Shown: positions 47,329 to 57,366 of the stretch, piece after piece
Layout: every line of letters starts with the position of its first letter
Numbering within the stretch: position 1 is the stretch's first letter
NCBI GenBank assembly: GCA_963665235.2
Contig: CAXXLX010000001.1
Location: 2,176,001 to 2,240,000, forward strand
From: Candidatus Poribacteria bacterium
GTDB lineage: Bacteria; Poribacteria; WGA-4E; WGA-3G
DNA: 64,000 nt
Direction: 5' to 3'
The notes under the pieces: generated by a model
Databases searched by the model: none
What the model was told of the DNA's origin: nothing
Seen by the model: the letters and a program-made list of their open reading frames with translations, nothing else
Made by a program: the position numbers and the translations under genes

Positions 47329-48107
47329 GTTCTCCCGGTAAATTCTTTCAACACAGGATTCTCTATGTTAAGAATCTGATTAGGTGCGCCAAAGAGTATG
47401 AACTGCTGTAAAATGGGTTCATCTTTATTGATAATTTCGCTTGGGGTGCCATAAGCGAGCTGTGTGCCTTCATGAAGCATTGCCATAAGTGTTCCAACAC
47501 TAAATGCGCTGTGCATGTCGTGGGTCACTACGACAGAGGTAACCTCTAGTTTTTGGTGCAAGTCACGAATTAATTCGTTAATTTCGGTGCAGGTAACCGG
47601 ATCGAGTCCTGTTGTCGGTTCATCGTATAAAATGACTTCAGGGTTGAATGCTAGTGCGCGTGCGAGCCCGACACGTTTGCGCATTCCGCCGCTGAGTTCG
47701 GCGGGTCTTAATTCTTGTACGCCTTCCAAATCAACTAAGCTGAGTTTTTCGTCAACAACCTTACGCATCTCTTTCTTAGTCATCTTTGTGTGTTGGTCAA
47801 GCATAAAGGCGACGTTCTCAGCGACGGTCATTGAGTCAAATAGGGCAGCGGACTGAAAAAGCATTCCGATTTTTCGGCGGATTCGGTTTAGTTCCCGTTT
47901 TTTGATGTGAGAGATTTCTGTTCCATCGATCCAAATTTCGCCGGAATCTACGGAGAGAAGGCCTGCAATCAGCTTGAGCAGGACGCTTTTTCCACAACCA
48001 CTTTGCCCCATAATTATAACCGTTTCACCACGGGGTATTTCTAGGTCTAACCCGTTTAGAACGTGCTTTTCACCGAATGCTTTTCTGACATTTTTAACTG
48101 AAATCAT
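47325..48107 (-). CDS. mlaF: MlaF-type ABC transporter ATP-binding protein
   Basis: GQSGCGKS, LSGGMRKRVGLARA, LYDEPTTGLDP. Confidence 0.92.
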   Translation of the reverse strand: MISVKNVRKAFGEKHVLNGLDLEIPRGETVIIMGQSGCGKSVLLKLIAGLLSVDSGEIWIDGTEISHIKKRELNRIRRKIGMLFQSAALFDSMTVAENVAFMLDQHTKMTKKEMRKVVDEKLSLVDLEGVQELRPAELSGGMRKRVGLARALAFNPEVILYDEPTTGLDPVTCTEINELIRDLHQKLEVTSVVVTHDMHSAFSVGTLMAMLHEGTQLAYGTPSEIINKDEPILQQFILFGAPNQILNIENPVLKEFTGRT

Positions 48108-48212
48108 AAGCGTGTTGAATGCGGGCTGCCCATTCAGTACTAGAACGGGGTGAAGGGCCCGGAGTTTATTAAAGCGCGCTGCCAGTCTATTAAGGTCTGG
48201 CGCGCTTCCAAA

Positions 48213-49037
48213 TTATCTGAAGCCCAAAAGATTAAACAGAATGTGATTTAAGACAAAATCCAGGACCAAGATAGTTATCAGCGAGATAACGGCTGAGCCG
48301 GTGGTTGCTGTGCCAACGCCTTCGGCACCGCCTGCTGTGGAGATGCTGAATCCTTTGTAGCACCCGACCGCAGCGATGGCCATACCAAACGAGGTTGCTT
48401 TGATTAGACTCACTAAGATACTTTCTACAAACAGATGTTCTTGAACTTTCAAGATAAAAAAGGCTCCGTTGAAATCGAAGAGGGTGACGACAGCGATATA
48501 CCCTCCGAAGATGCCTGCGAGCGTTGAGAAAATTGTAAGCGTTGGGAGCATGATTGTGCAGGCGAGAAAGCGTGGTACGACCAAGTATTTAACGGGGTTT
48601 GTGCCCATCACTTCAAGCGCGTCAATTTGCTCGGTAACCTTCATGGTTGAAAGTTCAGCGGTGATAGATGCTCCAATTCGCCCGGAAAGGACAAACGCAG
48701 TTATCATAGGTCCCAACTCTTTTACAATAGAGGTGGAGACAAATTGTGCAACTGAGCCTTCCACAGCGTAATATTTTAATTGAACATATCCCTGAACTCC
48801 GAGTACCATGCCTGTGAAAAAACCGGATACGAGAACAACTGTTAGCGAATTAAAACCGATAAAAAGCAGCTGCTTCAGGATTAGGTCAAATTGGAAAGGC
48901 GGTTTGAAAATTTGCACAATCGTTTCGGTGCACAGCTGCGCGGCATCGCCTATTCCTGAAAGTGTCCGATAAGACCAATTTTTGAGTAGGGACGTAGCTC
49001 CTTTCGAGGGCTCTGGTGTCAAAACTGTATGCTTCAT
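48213..49037 (-). CDS. mlaE: MlaE-type ABC transporter permease
   Basis: KELGP, GRIGASITAEL.TMKVTEQIDALEVMG.NP..YLVVPR. Confidence 0.93.
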   Translation of the reverse strand: MKHTVLTPEPSKGATSLLKNWSYRTLSGIGDAAQLCTETIVQIFKPPFQFDLILKQLLFIGFNSLTVVLVSGFFTGMVLGVQGYVQLKYYAVEGSVAQFVSTSIVKELGPMITAFVLSGRIGASITAELSTMKVTEQIDALEVMGTNPVKYLVVPRFLACTIMLPTLTIFSTLAGIFGGYIAVVTLFDFNGAFFILKVQEHLFVESILVSLIKATSFGMAIAAVGCYKGFSISTAGGAEGVGTATTGSAVISLITILVLDFVLNHILFNLLGFR

Positions 49038-49073
49038 AGAAAAATGTTGCGCTGTGAATTGTGCAGTTTCTAC

Positions 49074-50426
49074 CTATCGATTTGCATTTTCAAAACGCAT
49101 CTGTGGTTTAGTAAGATAGAGGACGACTGTCCCGGTCGGTCCGTTGCGCTGCTTTTTTATTAATAGATGTACTTCGACCCTTTCGTCTGTCTGATTGTCT
49201 TGGCCTTCGTAATAATCCTCTCTGTATAGAAAGGCGACGATGTCGGCATCCTGTTCGATAGCGCCGGATTCTCGCAAATCGGACAGTTGGGGTTGTTTGT
49301 CAGGGCGCCGTTCAATCTCCCTGCTGAGCTGTGAGCAGGCAATAATCGGAACGTCCAATTCCCATGCGAGCACTTTCAAGGCACGCGAGACTTCAGAGAT
49401 TTCTTGTTCACGAACGCTATAGCGTCCGGTCCCCCGTAGCAGTTGGAGGTAATCGATGATAATCAGTGCAAGGTTTTCGTGTTCACCTTTCAATCGTCTT
49501 CCTTCCGCGCGGAGTCCTTGAACGGTCATTCCTCGGTTGTCGTTAATCCAGATAGATGCATTGCTGAGGCTGTCGACACCCTGGGTCAAAGGGCCCCAAT
49601 AATCCTCGCTAAACTGACCGGCTCGCAAGCGTCCGAAATCTATATGGGATTCTGCGGAGAGCATGCGCATTACGATTTCTTGTTTAGGCTGCTCTAGGCT
49701 AAAGATTGCGACAGGCAGGTCCTCTTGGATTGCGATATTTTGGGCTATATTTAGCACAAGCGTTGTTTTTCCCATGCTTGGACGGGCTGCGATAACGATA
49801 AGGTTACCGGGCTGGAGCCCAGAAGTCATGTAGTCAAAATCTATGAAACCTGTAGGTACCCCGAGGAATTGCTTCTTTTCTTGGTCCCTTTCACGCCAGA
49901 GCTTTTCTATCATCTCAATGCTCTCTTTAAGCAGGGGACGTGCCGAGGTAAATCCTCGTTCTAGTTGGTGCTGGCTAAGTTGAAAGATTGATTCTTGGGA
50001 ATCGTTTAGAACATCCTCAAGCTCCTTTTGTTCATCTAGTGCGAATTCGCGAATCTGTGCGCCGGCTTGTATTAAGCGTCGGCGTGTAGATTTTTCATAG
50101 ATAATCTGTGCGTAAAATTCGGTGCTGTCGGTTTCGACAATAGGTGCCTGAAGTTCGTAAAGATAGCCTGCGCCTCCTACACGATTGAGTTTTTCGGTTT
50201 TGTTGAGTTCATCAGCGACAAGGATTGCATCAACTTTGCTAAAACGATCGTATACGTCAAGTATAGCGGTGTAAATAAGCTGATGGTCGGTTGTAAAGAA
50301 GGCTTCGGGTGTGTGTCCAAGCAGCGCGATGACACGTGGGATGACCATTTTCTCTGTCATCATTGCCCCAAGTACGGCTTGTTCCGCCTCTTTATCTGTA
50401 AGGGTTTCCGCTGCATGGACTTGCAT
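49074..50426 (-). CDS. dnaB: Replicative DNA helicase
   Basis: EAEQAVLG, AARPSMGKT, IDYLQL, SQLSR, DLRESGAIEQDAD, KQRNGPTG. Confidence 0.97.
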   Translation of the reverse strand: MQVHAAETLTDKEAEQAVLGAMMTEKMVIPRVIALLGHTPEAFFTTDHQLIYTAILDVYDRFSKVDAILVADELNKTEKLNRVGGAGYLYELQAPIVETDSTEFYAQIIYEKSTRRRLIQAGAQIREFALDEQKELEDVLNDSQESIFQLSQHQLERGFTSARPLLKESIEMIEKLWRERDQEKKQFLGVPTGFIDFDYMTSGLQPGNLIVIAARPSMGKTTLVLNIAQNIAIQEDLPVAIFSLEQPKQEIVMRMLSAESHIDFGRLRAGQFSEDYWGPLTQGVDSLSNASIWINDNRGMTVQGLRAEGRRLKGEHENLALIIIDYLQLLRGTGRYSVREQEISEVSRALKVLAWELDVPIIACSQLSREIERRPDKQPQLSDLRESGAIEQDADIVAFLYREDYYEGQDNQTDERVEVHLLIKKQRNGPTGTVVLYLTKPQMRFENANR

Positions 50427-50428
50427 AA

Positions 50429-50875
50429 TTATTCTTCCCGTTCGACGACGACGCGCAGTTCAGCGACTACCTCCGTGTGTAATTTCACGGAGACTGTAAA
50501 CACCCCGAGTTCGCGAATCGGTTCTGAGAGTTCAATGGAGCGTCGCTCGAGTTCAAAACCTTGGGTGCGTAGCGATTCTGAAATATCTGTAGGCGTAACA
50601 GAGCCGAAGAGTCGGTCATTTTCGCCTGCACGTCTTGTGAGATGGCACGTAACGCTGGCGAGCTGTGCAGCAATTTCGCGTGCTTGTGCCTTATCCTTTG
50701 CTTCCTGCTGGTCGATGACCCGTTTTTGATGTACAAAGTGCCGTTGGTTCCGTTCCGTTGCATGTACTGCTAACTGCATGGGGAGCAGGTAATTTCGGGC
50801 ATAGCCATCTGCGACCTTCAGCACATCGCCTGGGGCCCCGAGTCCATCAACATGTTTTTTGAGTATAATTTCCAT
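50429..50875 (-). CDS. rplI: 50S ribosomal protein L9
   Basis: LG..GD...VADGYARNYLLP, LFGSVT. Confidence 0.97.
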   Translation of the reverse strand: MEIILKKHVDGLGAPGDVLKVADGYARNYLLPMQLAVHATERNQRHFVHQKRVIDQQEAKDKAQAREIAAQLASVTCHLTRRAGENDRLFGSVTPTDISESLRTQGFELERRSIELSEPIRELGVFTVSVKLHTEVVAELRVVVEREE

Positions 50876-50899
50876 ATTTTTATCCTAATTCGTGTTCGT

Positions 50900-50959
50900 A
50901 TTGCGGTACCCTCGGTTGGAGAGCCTTTGTTAATTGCTTCCGCGAGGGGTACCGCAATT
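50900..50959. repeat. Intergenic inverted repeat between rpsR and rplI
   Basis: ATTGCGGTACCCTCG...CGAGGGGTACCGCAAT. Confidence 0.6.
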
Positions 50960-50968
50960 CCGTGAGAG

Positions 50969-51169
50969 TTACCGCGTAAAAGGCAACAGTGCCATATTTC
51001 GTGCGCGTTTAATGGCGCGTGTTACCATTCGCTGCTGTTTTGCCGAGAGCCCGGAGGCTCGGGGGCTGACAATTTTGCCCCGTTCGTTGACAAACTTACG
51101 CAGCGTTTCCACATCTTTGTAATCTACGGATTCGAGTTTACTAAAACGTGACCTTCGTCGATATGCCAT
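50969..51169 (-). CDS. rpsR: 30S ribosomal protein S18
   Basis: [30 protein letters not shown]. Confidence 0.96.
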   Translation of the reverse strand: MAYRRRSRFSKLESVDYKDVETLRKFVNERGKIVSPRASGLSAKQQRMVTRAIKRARNMALLPFTR

Positions 51170-51211
51170 ATTGATTTGTCTCCATTGATTCAGAGCGGTG
51201 AATCCCTGAGA

Positions 51212-51685
51212 TTAGAACGGGATGTCATCCTCAGTTGCTGAGGCTTCGGCAGTGCCGACCGGTTCGGCAGCATTTGTTGGTTGTGGGGTTGCGGCAGCGG
51301 CAGCAGCGGGTTGTGCTTCAGCATAGCTGTCTCCGACCTCCTCACCATCTCGTCTGCCGCCGATGAACTGAATCCGAAACGCTCTGACTCGGAGCCGGCT
51401 CCGCTTCGTTCCATCCTCGGTTTCCCAGGATTCAAACTTAAGTGCGCCTTCAATGAAAACGGGGCTGCCTTTACTCAGATATTCGTTGACAATTTCGGCT
51501 TGTCGGCCCCAAGCTTCTACATCCACAAAACAGGGGGTTTCTTTCTGTTCGCCGGTCTGCTTGTCGGTGTAACGTTCGTTCATAGCGATTCCGAAATTTG
51601 TAACCGCGCTTCCGCTGGGGAGGTATTTCATTTCGGGGTCGCGTGTAAGATTTCCCATCAAAATAACTCTGTTGTAACTTGCCAT
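51212..51685 (-). CDS. ssb: Single-stranded DNA-binding protein
   Basis: NRVILMGNLTRDPE, C-terminal DDIPF; GAGGA RBS before ATG 51685. Confidence 0.97.
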   Translation of the reverse strand: MASYNRVILMGNLTRDPEMKYLPSGSAVTNFGIAMNERYTDKQTGEQKETPCFVDVEAWGRQAEIVNEYLSKGSPVFIEGALKFESWETEDGTKRSRLRVRAFRIQFIGGRRDGEEVGDSYAEAQPAAAAAATPQPTNAAEPVGTAEASATEDDIPF

Positions 51686-51760
51686 GGTAAATTCCTCTAT
51701 AGTTTCACGCCTCACGGGGCAGGCTGTGTCCTGCTTGCCGGTTTCGGAATGATCCTTATG

Positions 51761-52327
51761 TTAGTTCGATTCTGTTGCGTCTTCAGCTGCGTCCCTGTCC
51801 GGTGCTGCGTCTTCAGCTGCATCATTGTCCGGTGCTGCGTCTTCAGCTGCGTCCTTGTCCGGTGCTGCGTCTTCAGCTGCGTCCTTGTCCGGTGCTGCGT
51901 CTTCAGCTGCGTCCTTGTCCGGTGCTGCGTCTTCAGCTGCATCATTGTCTGGTGCTGTGTCTTCGGCTGCGTCATCGTCCGGTGCTGCGTCTGTTTTTTC
52001 AGCTTCCGCGCGCGATGCTTGTGCCGCTTTCAATTTCTCGATGTCGCCTTCGTAAAGCACAATCATGTGCCGTAGGATGGCCTCAATTACCCGGAGCGAT
52101 TGGTTCAGTTGTGCAATAAAACTCGGTGGGCTCTCAAAGACAAAGACCACGTAATAGCCTTCACTGCACTTCTGAATTGGATAGGCGAGCTGTCTCTTTC
52201 CCCAGACATCAATGTCGAGGATAGTTCCGCTGTTTTCAATAAGTCCCTTGACATTTTCCGTGAGAGCTTCCGATTCACTCTCGTCATAGTCAGGGGTGAT
52301 GATAAGCATAAGTTCGTACGGTTTCAA
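51761..52327 (-). CDS. rpsF: 30S ribosomal protein S6 with long acidic repeat tail
   Basis: YELMLII.P, WGKRQLAYPI.K..EGYY, ILRHMIV; TTG start. Confidence 0.95.
   Translation of the reverse strand: MKPYELMLIITPDYDESESEALTENVKGLIENSGTILDIDVWGKRQLAYPIQKCSEGYYVVFVFESPPSFIAQLNQSLRVIEAILRHMIVLYEGDIEKLKAAQASRAEAEKTDAAPDDDAAEDTAPDNDAAEDAAPDKDAAEDAAPDKDAAEDAAPDKDAAEDAAPDNDAAEDAAPDRDAAEDATESN
51776..51991. repeat. About 7 x 30-bp tandem repeat in the rpsF 3' end (DAAPDxDAAE)
   Basis: Unit TGCGTCTTCAGCTGCGTCCTTGTCCGGTGC with few variants. Confidence 0.9.
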
Positions 52328-52335
52328 TTTTGTAT

Positions 52336-52386
52336 ACCTCTCTCTGGACTCGCGGCCCCACTGATTAACTCAGGAAGCAGAGATTC
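52336..52386 (-). promoter_or_regulatory. S6:S18 ribosomal protein autoregulatory leader
   Basis: mRNA reads CTCTGCTTCCTG...GGGGCCGCGAGTCCAGAGAGAGGT just before rpsF, matching the GGCCG..AGTCC + SD layout of S6:S18 leaders. Confidence 0.65.
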
Positions 52387-52582
52387 AATTTAGAATATTC
52401 CATTTTTCAGGGTAGAGTTTTCTAACTTATTTAACGTGACATAATTATAACACATTTCGATTGGTATATCAACTTAAAAATTATTTTTTTAAGAGATATA
52501 CGTACTAAAGCATTGGTAAATTATATTTTAACATATTTTAAGGTAAATGTCAAATTTTTTTGGAAAAACCGAATCTTTTTGA

Positions 52583-52612
52583 TTGACATTTCTGCCTTGT
52601 TAGTGGTATCAT
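52583..52612 (+). promoter_or_regulatory. Sigma70-type promoter
   Basis: TTGACA-18 nt-TATCAT with TG extension. Confidence 0.55.
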
Positions 52613-52651
52613 GAAATTAAAAATAGAAATACAGCAAATAGGACAGAAAAG

Positions 52652-53998
52652 ATGCACACAATTTTAGAGCGATATCAAAAAACTTTCGCAAAAGATAGAG
52701 AACTATCAAAAGCTGCAAATCAACTCTTTCCGGATGGCGTGACGCATGACAGTCGCTATATGTTCCCATTTCCGTGCTATATTACCCGTGCTGATGGTTC
52801 GAAAAAATGGGGACTTGAGGATAAAATGTTTATAGATTATTGGGCTGGACACGGTGCATTGCTCCTCGGCCATAATCCGCCCGAGGTTGTGGAAGCGGTG
52901 ACGACACAGATGCATCGTGGTACACACTATGGCGCGTGTCACCCGCTTGAGTTGGAATGGGGCAATCTAGTGAAGCAGCTGATTCCCTCGGCAGAACGGG
53001 TCAGATTTGTGAGTTCGGGGACGGAGGCGACGCTTATGGCGATTCGGCTCGCTCGTACCTACACCGGTAAGAATAAGGTGTTGAAATTTGCGGGGCATTT
53101 TCACGGTTGGCACGACAGCCTTATCATAGGTGCAAACCCCCCGTTTGAAACAACCATAGCAGGTATTCCACAAGAGGTACACAATACAACCTACGTCTGC
53201 CCTCCGAACGATATCGAGGCCGTTGAAAAACTGTTGAAGATGGACAGCGATATTGCGTGCGTTATCCTTGAACCGACAGGCGCATCCTTCGGTATTGTGC
53301 CAACGGATGGTGCGTTTTTACAAGACCTGCGCGAGTGCACACGCGAACACGACGTTCTACTCATTTTCGATGAAGTGATTACGGGGTTTCGAGTTGCGCC
53401 CGGTGGTGCGCAAACCTATTACGATGTGATCCCCGATATGACGACGCTTGCAAAGATTTTAGCAGGGGGCCTCCCGGGCGGTGCCCTAGCCGGTAAAAAG
53501 GAAATCCTTGCGTTTATCTCAAAGGAAGCGGAGCAGGATGGGTTGAAAATGCCGCACCCTGGCACATTTAATGCTAATCCGCTCTCAGCATCCGCAGGAA
53601 TTGCGATGCTCAATATTGTTAAAACCGGTGAACCGCATAAACAGGCAAATCGTATCGCGCAGTTGCTGCGAGATGGACTCAACCATGTTATTGATGCACA
53701 CCGATTAGATTGGGCTATTTACGGTGAATTCTCCGGCATTAAACTTCTCATCGGGCACGGGGAAAAGGAGATGCGTGCTGCTGATTTTAACCCGTATACG
53801 TGGGATTACAGACGGCTTAAAGGGGGGCAGAATACCGAATTGCTAACGCCTCTCCGGTGCGGGCTGTTGCTCAACGGGGTCGACCTTGCTAGCAACGGTG
53901 GTATGACAACCGCAGCACATACGGACACCGATGTTGCGAAAACAGTACACGCCTTTGAACAAACGATTAGCTGGATGAAGGCGGAGGGGTTAATATGA
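52652..53998 (+). CDS. Class III PLP aminotransferase (glutamate-1-semialdehyde aminomutase-like)
   Basis: SSGTEAT..AIRLAR, FAGHFHG, LIFDEVITGFR, TTLAKILAGG, GTFNANP. Confidence 0.88.
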   Translation: MHTILERYQKTFAKDRELSKAANQLFPDGVTHDSRYMFPFPCYITRADGSKKWGLEDKMFIDYWAGHGALLLGHNPPEVVEAVTTQMHRGTHYGACHPLELEWGNLVKQLIPSAERVRFVSSGTEATLMAIRLARTYTGKNKVLKFAGHFHGWHDSLIIGANPPFETTIAGIPQEVHNTTYVCPPNDIEAVEKLLKMDSDIACVILEPTGASFGIVPTDGAFLQDLRECTREHDVLLIFDEVITGFRVAPGGAQTYYDVIPDMTTLAKILAGGLPGGALAGKKEILAFISKEAEQDGLKMPHPGTFNANPLSASAGIAMLNIVKTGEPHKQANRIAQLLRDGLNHVIDAHRLDWAIYGEFSGIKLLIGHGEKEMRAADFNPYTWDYRRLKGGQNTELLTPLRCGLLLNGVDLASNGGMTTAAHTDTDVAKTVHAFEQTISWMKAEGLI

Positions 53999-54048
53999 GG
54001 GGACATCGGCGGGAAAATCCCCTCTCTTACTGACAGCTGATAACTATT

Positions 54049-55308
54049 ATGGATTACTACATCAGCCTATCCGGTGACGATTCAAACTCAGGGGTCTCTA
54101 AAACAGTCCCGTGGCGTAGCATTGCCCGGGTAAACGCTGCTCAATTGAAACCGGGCGATTCGGTGCGATTTCAAGCGAACCAGACCTTCATCGGAAATCT
54201 CTCGCTTTCCGGCATGGGTGATATGGACGCTGTAGACAAACCGATAACAATTGGGTCGTACGGTAAGGGCCGGGCAACGATTGCTGCTGGCACTAGGCCC
54301 GGTTTCGTAGCGAAAAACAGGGGAGGGGTGCATATAGTTGAACTCAACTTTGTAGGTGCCGGGGCAGAGCAGAATGAGAATCATGGTATCTGTTTTATCA
54401 ATACACTGCCGGGAAGCATCAAACTAACGCATATCCGTGTTGACAAGGTGGATGTCAGCGGGTTCAAACAGTCAGGGATTTCTATCATAGCAAAACCGGT
54501 GGATAAGAGTTGGAGCGGTTTCCGCGATGTAGAAATCACCCATACCACCTCTCATGACAATGGCGATGCGGGGATAAGTGCCATAGGCGTATGGAATCCA
54601 GAGCAGGAGGGATATTCCCATGCTGGCATTTACGTAAGCAACTGCTGTGTTTATAACAACCTGGGTATTCCGGGCAAAGAGAACCATTCGGGCGATGGTA
54701 TTGTCCTCGCTCAGACAGATGGCGCGCTAATTGAGCACTGTCAAGCTTACGAGAACGGCAGGTTAAACGACCACGAAGGCGGTGGACCTGTCGGTATTTG
54801 GGCATGGGATTCAAACTGTGTTGTCATACAGTTCAACGAATCGCATCATAACCGCACCGGCAGTAGTAAAGATGGTGGCGGGTTCGATTTGGATGGCGGC
54901 ATGAAAAATTCAATTATTCAGTATAACTATTCACACAACAACGATGGTGCGGGGTATCTCGTGTCGCAATTCAGCGGTGCCAAAGCGTTTCACGATAACG
55001 TTATCCGCTATAATCTCAGTGTGAATGATGGGCAGAAAAACAGGTACGGTGGTATTCACCTTTGGTCTACTGGGGCAAACGGGGGGATTAGGGACACGGT
55101 TTTCTATGAGAATACAATTTTCATAGGGGCATCTGCTGCTGGGGATCCTGTAGCGGTTGACTGTCGGAGCAGGGGAATTCACAATATTGGCATCTACAAC
55201 AACACCTTCATTAGGCGTAGCAATACCGGGGGCAATCTGATTCGTGGTGAAACCAATCCTTCGGTAATTTTTTCTGATAACACTACCGTAACTGTAAACG
55301 AAATTTGA
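54049..55308 (+). CDS. Right-handed parallel beta-helix (pectin-lyase-like) protein
   Basis: YYIS.SGDDSNSG....PW.SI, PGD.V.F, DGGGFDLDGG, QYNYSH.N.G. Confidence 0.85.
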   Translation: MDYYISLSGDDSNSGVSKTVPWRSIARVNAAQLKPGDSVRFQANQTFIGNLSLSGMGDMDAVDKPITIGSYGKGRATIAAGTRPGFVAKNRGGVHIVELNFVGAGAEQNENHGICFINTLPGSIKLTHIRVDKVDVSGFKQSGISIIAKPVDKSWSGFRDVEITHTTSHDNGDAGISAIGVWNPEQEGYSHAGIYVSNCCVYNNLGIPGKENHSGDGIVLAQTDGALIEHCQAYENGRLNDHEGGGPVGIWAWDSNCVVIQFNESHHNRTGSSKDGGGFDLDGGMKNSIIQYNYSHNNDGAGYLVSQFSGAKAFHDNVIRYNLSVNDGQKNRYGGIHLWSTGANGGIRDTVFYENTIFIGASAAGDPVAVDCRSRGIHNIGIYNNTFIRRSNTGGNLIRGETNPSVIFSDNTTVTVNEI

Positions 55309-55323
55309 GAGGAGTGGACGAAA

Positions 55324-56307
55324 GTGAAAACGATTACCTATCGCGATGCGCTAAAAGAAGCCCTCGTAGAGGAGATGGAACGCGATGATGCTGTTTTTCT
55401 CATGGGGGAAGACATCGCTGAGTATGGCGGTGCGTATAAGGTGACGGATGGTCTCTTCAAAGAATTTGGCAAGGAGCGCATTCGGAACACGCCTATTTCT
55501 GAGTCGGCAATTATTGGGACCGCATTGGGTGCTGCTGTAACGGGCATGCGTCCAGTTGCGGAGTTGATGTATATTGACTTCACCGCAGTCGGCATGGATC
55601 AGATAGTGAACCAGGTGGCTAAAATTCGGTATATGGTTGGCGGGCAATTAGATGTGCCCCTTGTGATTCGGACGCAAGGCGGTGCCGGTCGTTCCTCTGC
55701 TGCGCAGCATGCTCAAAGTCTTGAAGCCTGGTTTGTGCATATTCCTGGGTTGTTAGTTGTGATGCCTTCTACGCCTTACGATGCGAAGGGGTTGCTGAAA
55801 ACAGCAATTCGGGACGACAATCCGATCATGTTTATTGAACATAAGCTGCTGTATACGGAGGAGGGTGAAATTCCTGATGAGGAGTATACGATTCCATTGG
55901 GAGTAGCAGATATCAAACGTGAAGGTGAAGATATAACGATTCTCGCCACGTCACGCATGGTTCTGAACGCGCTCACCGCTGCAGATGAATTAGCGGCGGA
56001 GGGCATTTCGGCAGAAGTAGTCGATCCGAGGACGTTAATGCCGCTTGACAAATCGACTATTTTTGATTCTGTCAAGAAAACCAATCGGCTGCTGATTGCA
56101 CACGAGGCGGTCGGTAGAGCAGGGTTCGGTGCTGAGATTGCCGCGCTCGTTGTTCGCGAGGTATTCGATTATCTCGATGCCCCGATTGAGCGTGTTACTG
56201 CTGCCCCTGTGCCGGTGCCGTTTGCCCCCGTTATGGAAAATTTTGTTATTCCGGACGCTGCACAGATTGTTGAAGCTGCGCGGAAATTGGTTCAGTACGA
56301 AATTTGA
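55324..56307 (+). CDS. 2-oxoacid/acetoin dehydrogenase E1 beta subunit
   Basis: GEDI..YGG, NTPISE, AAQH.QS, DDNP.MF.EHK, LDAPIERV. Confidence 0.93.
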   Translation: MKTITYRDALKEALVEEMERDDAVFLMGEDIAEYGGAYKVTDGLFKEFGKERIRNTPISESAIIGTALGAAVTGMRPVAELMYIDFTAVGMDQIVNQVAKIRYMVGGQLDVPLVIRTQGGAGRSSAAQHAQSLEAWFVHIPGLLVVMPSTPYDAKGLLKTAIRDDNPIMFIEHKLLYTEEGEIPDEEYTIPLGVADIKREGEDITILATSRMVLNALTAADELAAEGISAEVVDPRTLMPLDKSTIFDSVKKTNRLLIAHEAVGRAGFGAEIAALVVREVFDYLDAPIERVTAAPVPVPFAPVMENFVIPDAAQIVEAARKLVQYEI

Positions 56308-56398
56308 AATTGTAGGTTGGGTTGAACACGCCGAAAGTTTTCTATACATGCATTTGGCAAGAAACCTGACATTAAAAAAAAGAGAAGGAGAAATTATC

Positions 56399-57346
56399 GT
56401 GGAATTGCAAGAGTACTTACAGTTCATCACGGCGAAACATGTTTTGTTTGCGGTTGTTGGTATATTTCTTTTAGTATGCTTAGCGACCAGTTTTTATACA
56501 GTTGAGGCGGACGAAATAGCTGTCGTTTTGATGTTCGGTAAATCTGTTAGACAAACGCAACCGGGGCTTCATTTCAAATTGCCGCTCGGTATTGAGAAGG
56601 CGATTAGCGTTCCGGTTCGAAAGGTGTTCAAAGAGGAATTCGGGTTTCGGACGCTTAAAGCGGGTGTCCGTACCCAGTACGATACAAGAGATTACGGAGA
56701 TGAATCGCTCCTGCTGACCGGTGACCTTAATATTGCCGATGTCGAATGGGTGGTTCAATACAAGATTAAAGACCCGAAAAGTTTCCTATTTTTCGTAAGA
56801 AATCCGCAGCGCGCTTTGCGGGACCTTTCTGAGTCGGTCATGAGCCGGGTAATTGGGGACCGCACTGTCACAGAGGTGTTAACCGTCGGACGTATCGAAA
56901 TCGCCGCAGAGGTTGAAACGCATCTACAAAAACAGCTCGATTTGTATCAAACTGGCTTGGATGTGGCGACGGTGACCTTACAGGACGTGAACCCGCCAGA
57001 TAAGGTAAAACCCGCTTTTAATGCCGTTAACGAGGCGAAGCAGGAAAAGGAGCGGTTAATCAACGAAGCGTGGCGGGATTACAACCAATCTGTACCGAAA
57101 TCCAAAGGGTTGGCATCACAACAGATTTCGGAAGCGCAGGGGTACGCGTTGAAGCGGGTTAATGAAGCACAAGGCGATGCCGATCGGTTCAATGCAATTC
57201 GTTCCGAGTATCAGAAGGCGAAAGAGGTGACGCGCCAACGACTTTACCTCGAAATGATGAAAGAGTTCCTGCCACAGGTTAAGGAAATTTACGTCATCGA
57301 CGCAAAAGCGAATACGCCGATTCCTATCTTGCAACTCAAGGACTAA
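56399..57346 (+). CDS. hflK: FtsH modulator HflK
   Basis: N-terminal TM + SPFH domain (LLTGD.NI..VEW.VQY, QDVNPP..V..AF..V); AAGGAG RBS before GTG 56399. Confidence 0.92.
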   Translation: MELQEYLQFITAKHVLFAVVGIFLLVCLATSFYTVEADEIAVVLMFGKSVRQTQPGLHFKLPLGIEKAISVPVRKVFKEEFGFRTLKAGVRTQYDTRDYGDESLLLTGDLNIADVEWVVQYKIKDPKSFLFFVRNPQRALRDLSESVMSRVIGDRTVTEVLTVGRIEIAAEVETHLQKQLDLYQTGLDVATVTLQDVNPPDKVKPAFNAVNEAKQEKERLINEAWRDYNQSVPKSKGLASQQISEAQGYALKRVNEAQGDADRFNAIRSEYQKAKEVTRQRLYLEMMKEFLPQVKEIYVIDAKANTPIPILQLKD

Positions 57347-57366
57347 ATCTAATAAGGAGTTTTCTG

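Noticed and set aside
51776-51991. CRISPR array or separate repetitive ORFs (51281-52075, 51712-51975, 51775-52119)
   Set aside because: Coding VNTR inside rpsF; the other ORFs are shadow frames of the repeat.
52652-53998. Assigning hemL
   Set aside because: Lacks the PGGVNSPVR motif of true GSA aminomutases (has PDGVTHDSR); left as a class III aminotransferase.
56096-56398. N-terminal extension of HflK
   Set aside because: Overlaps the E1-beta gene and REP-like intergenic DNA; a good RBS precedes GTG 56399.
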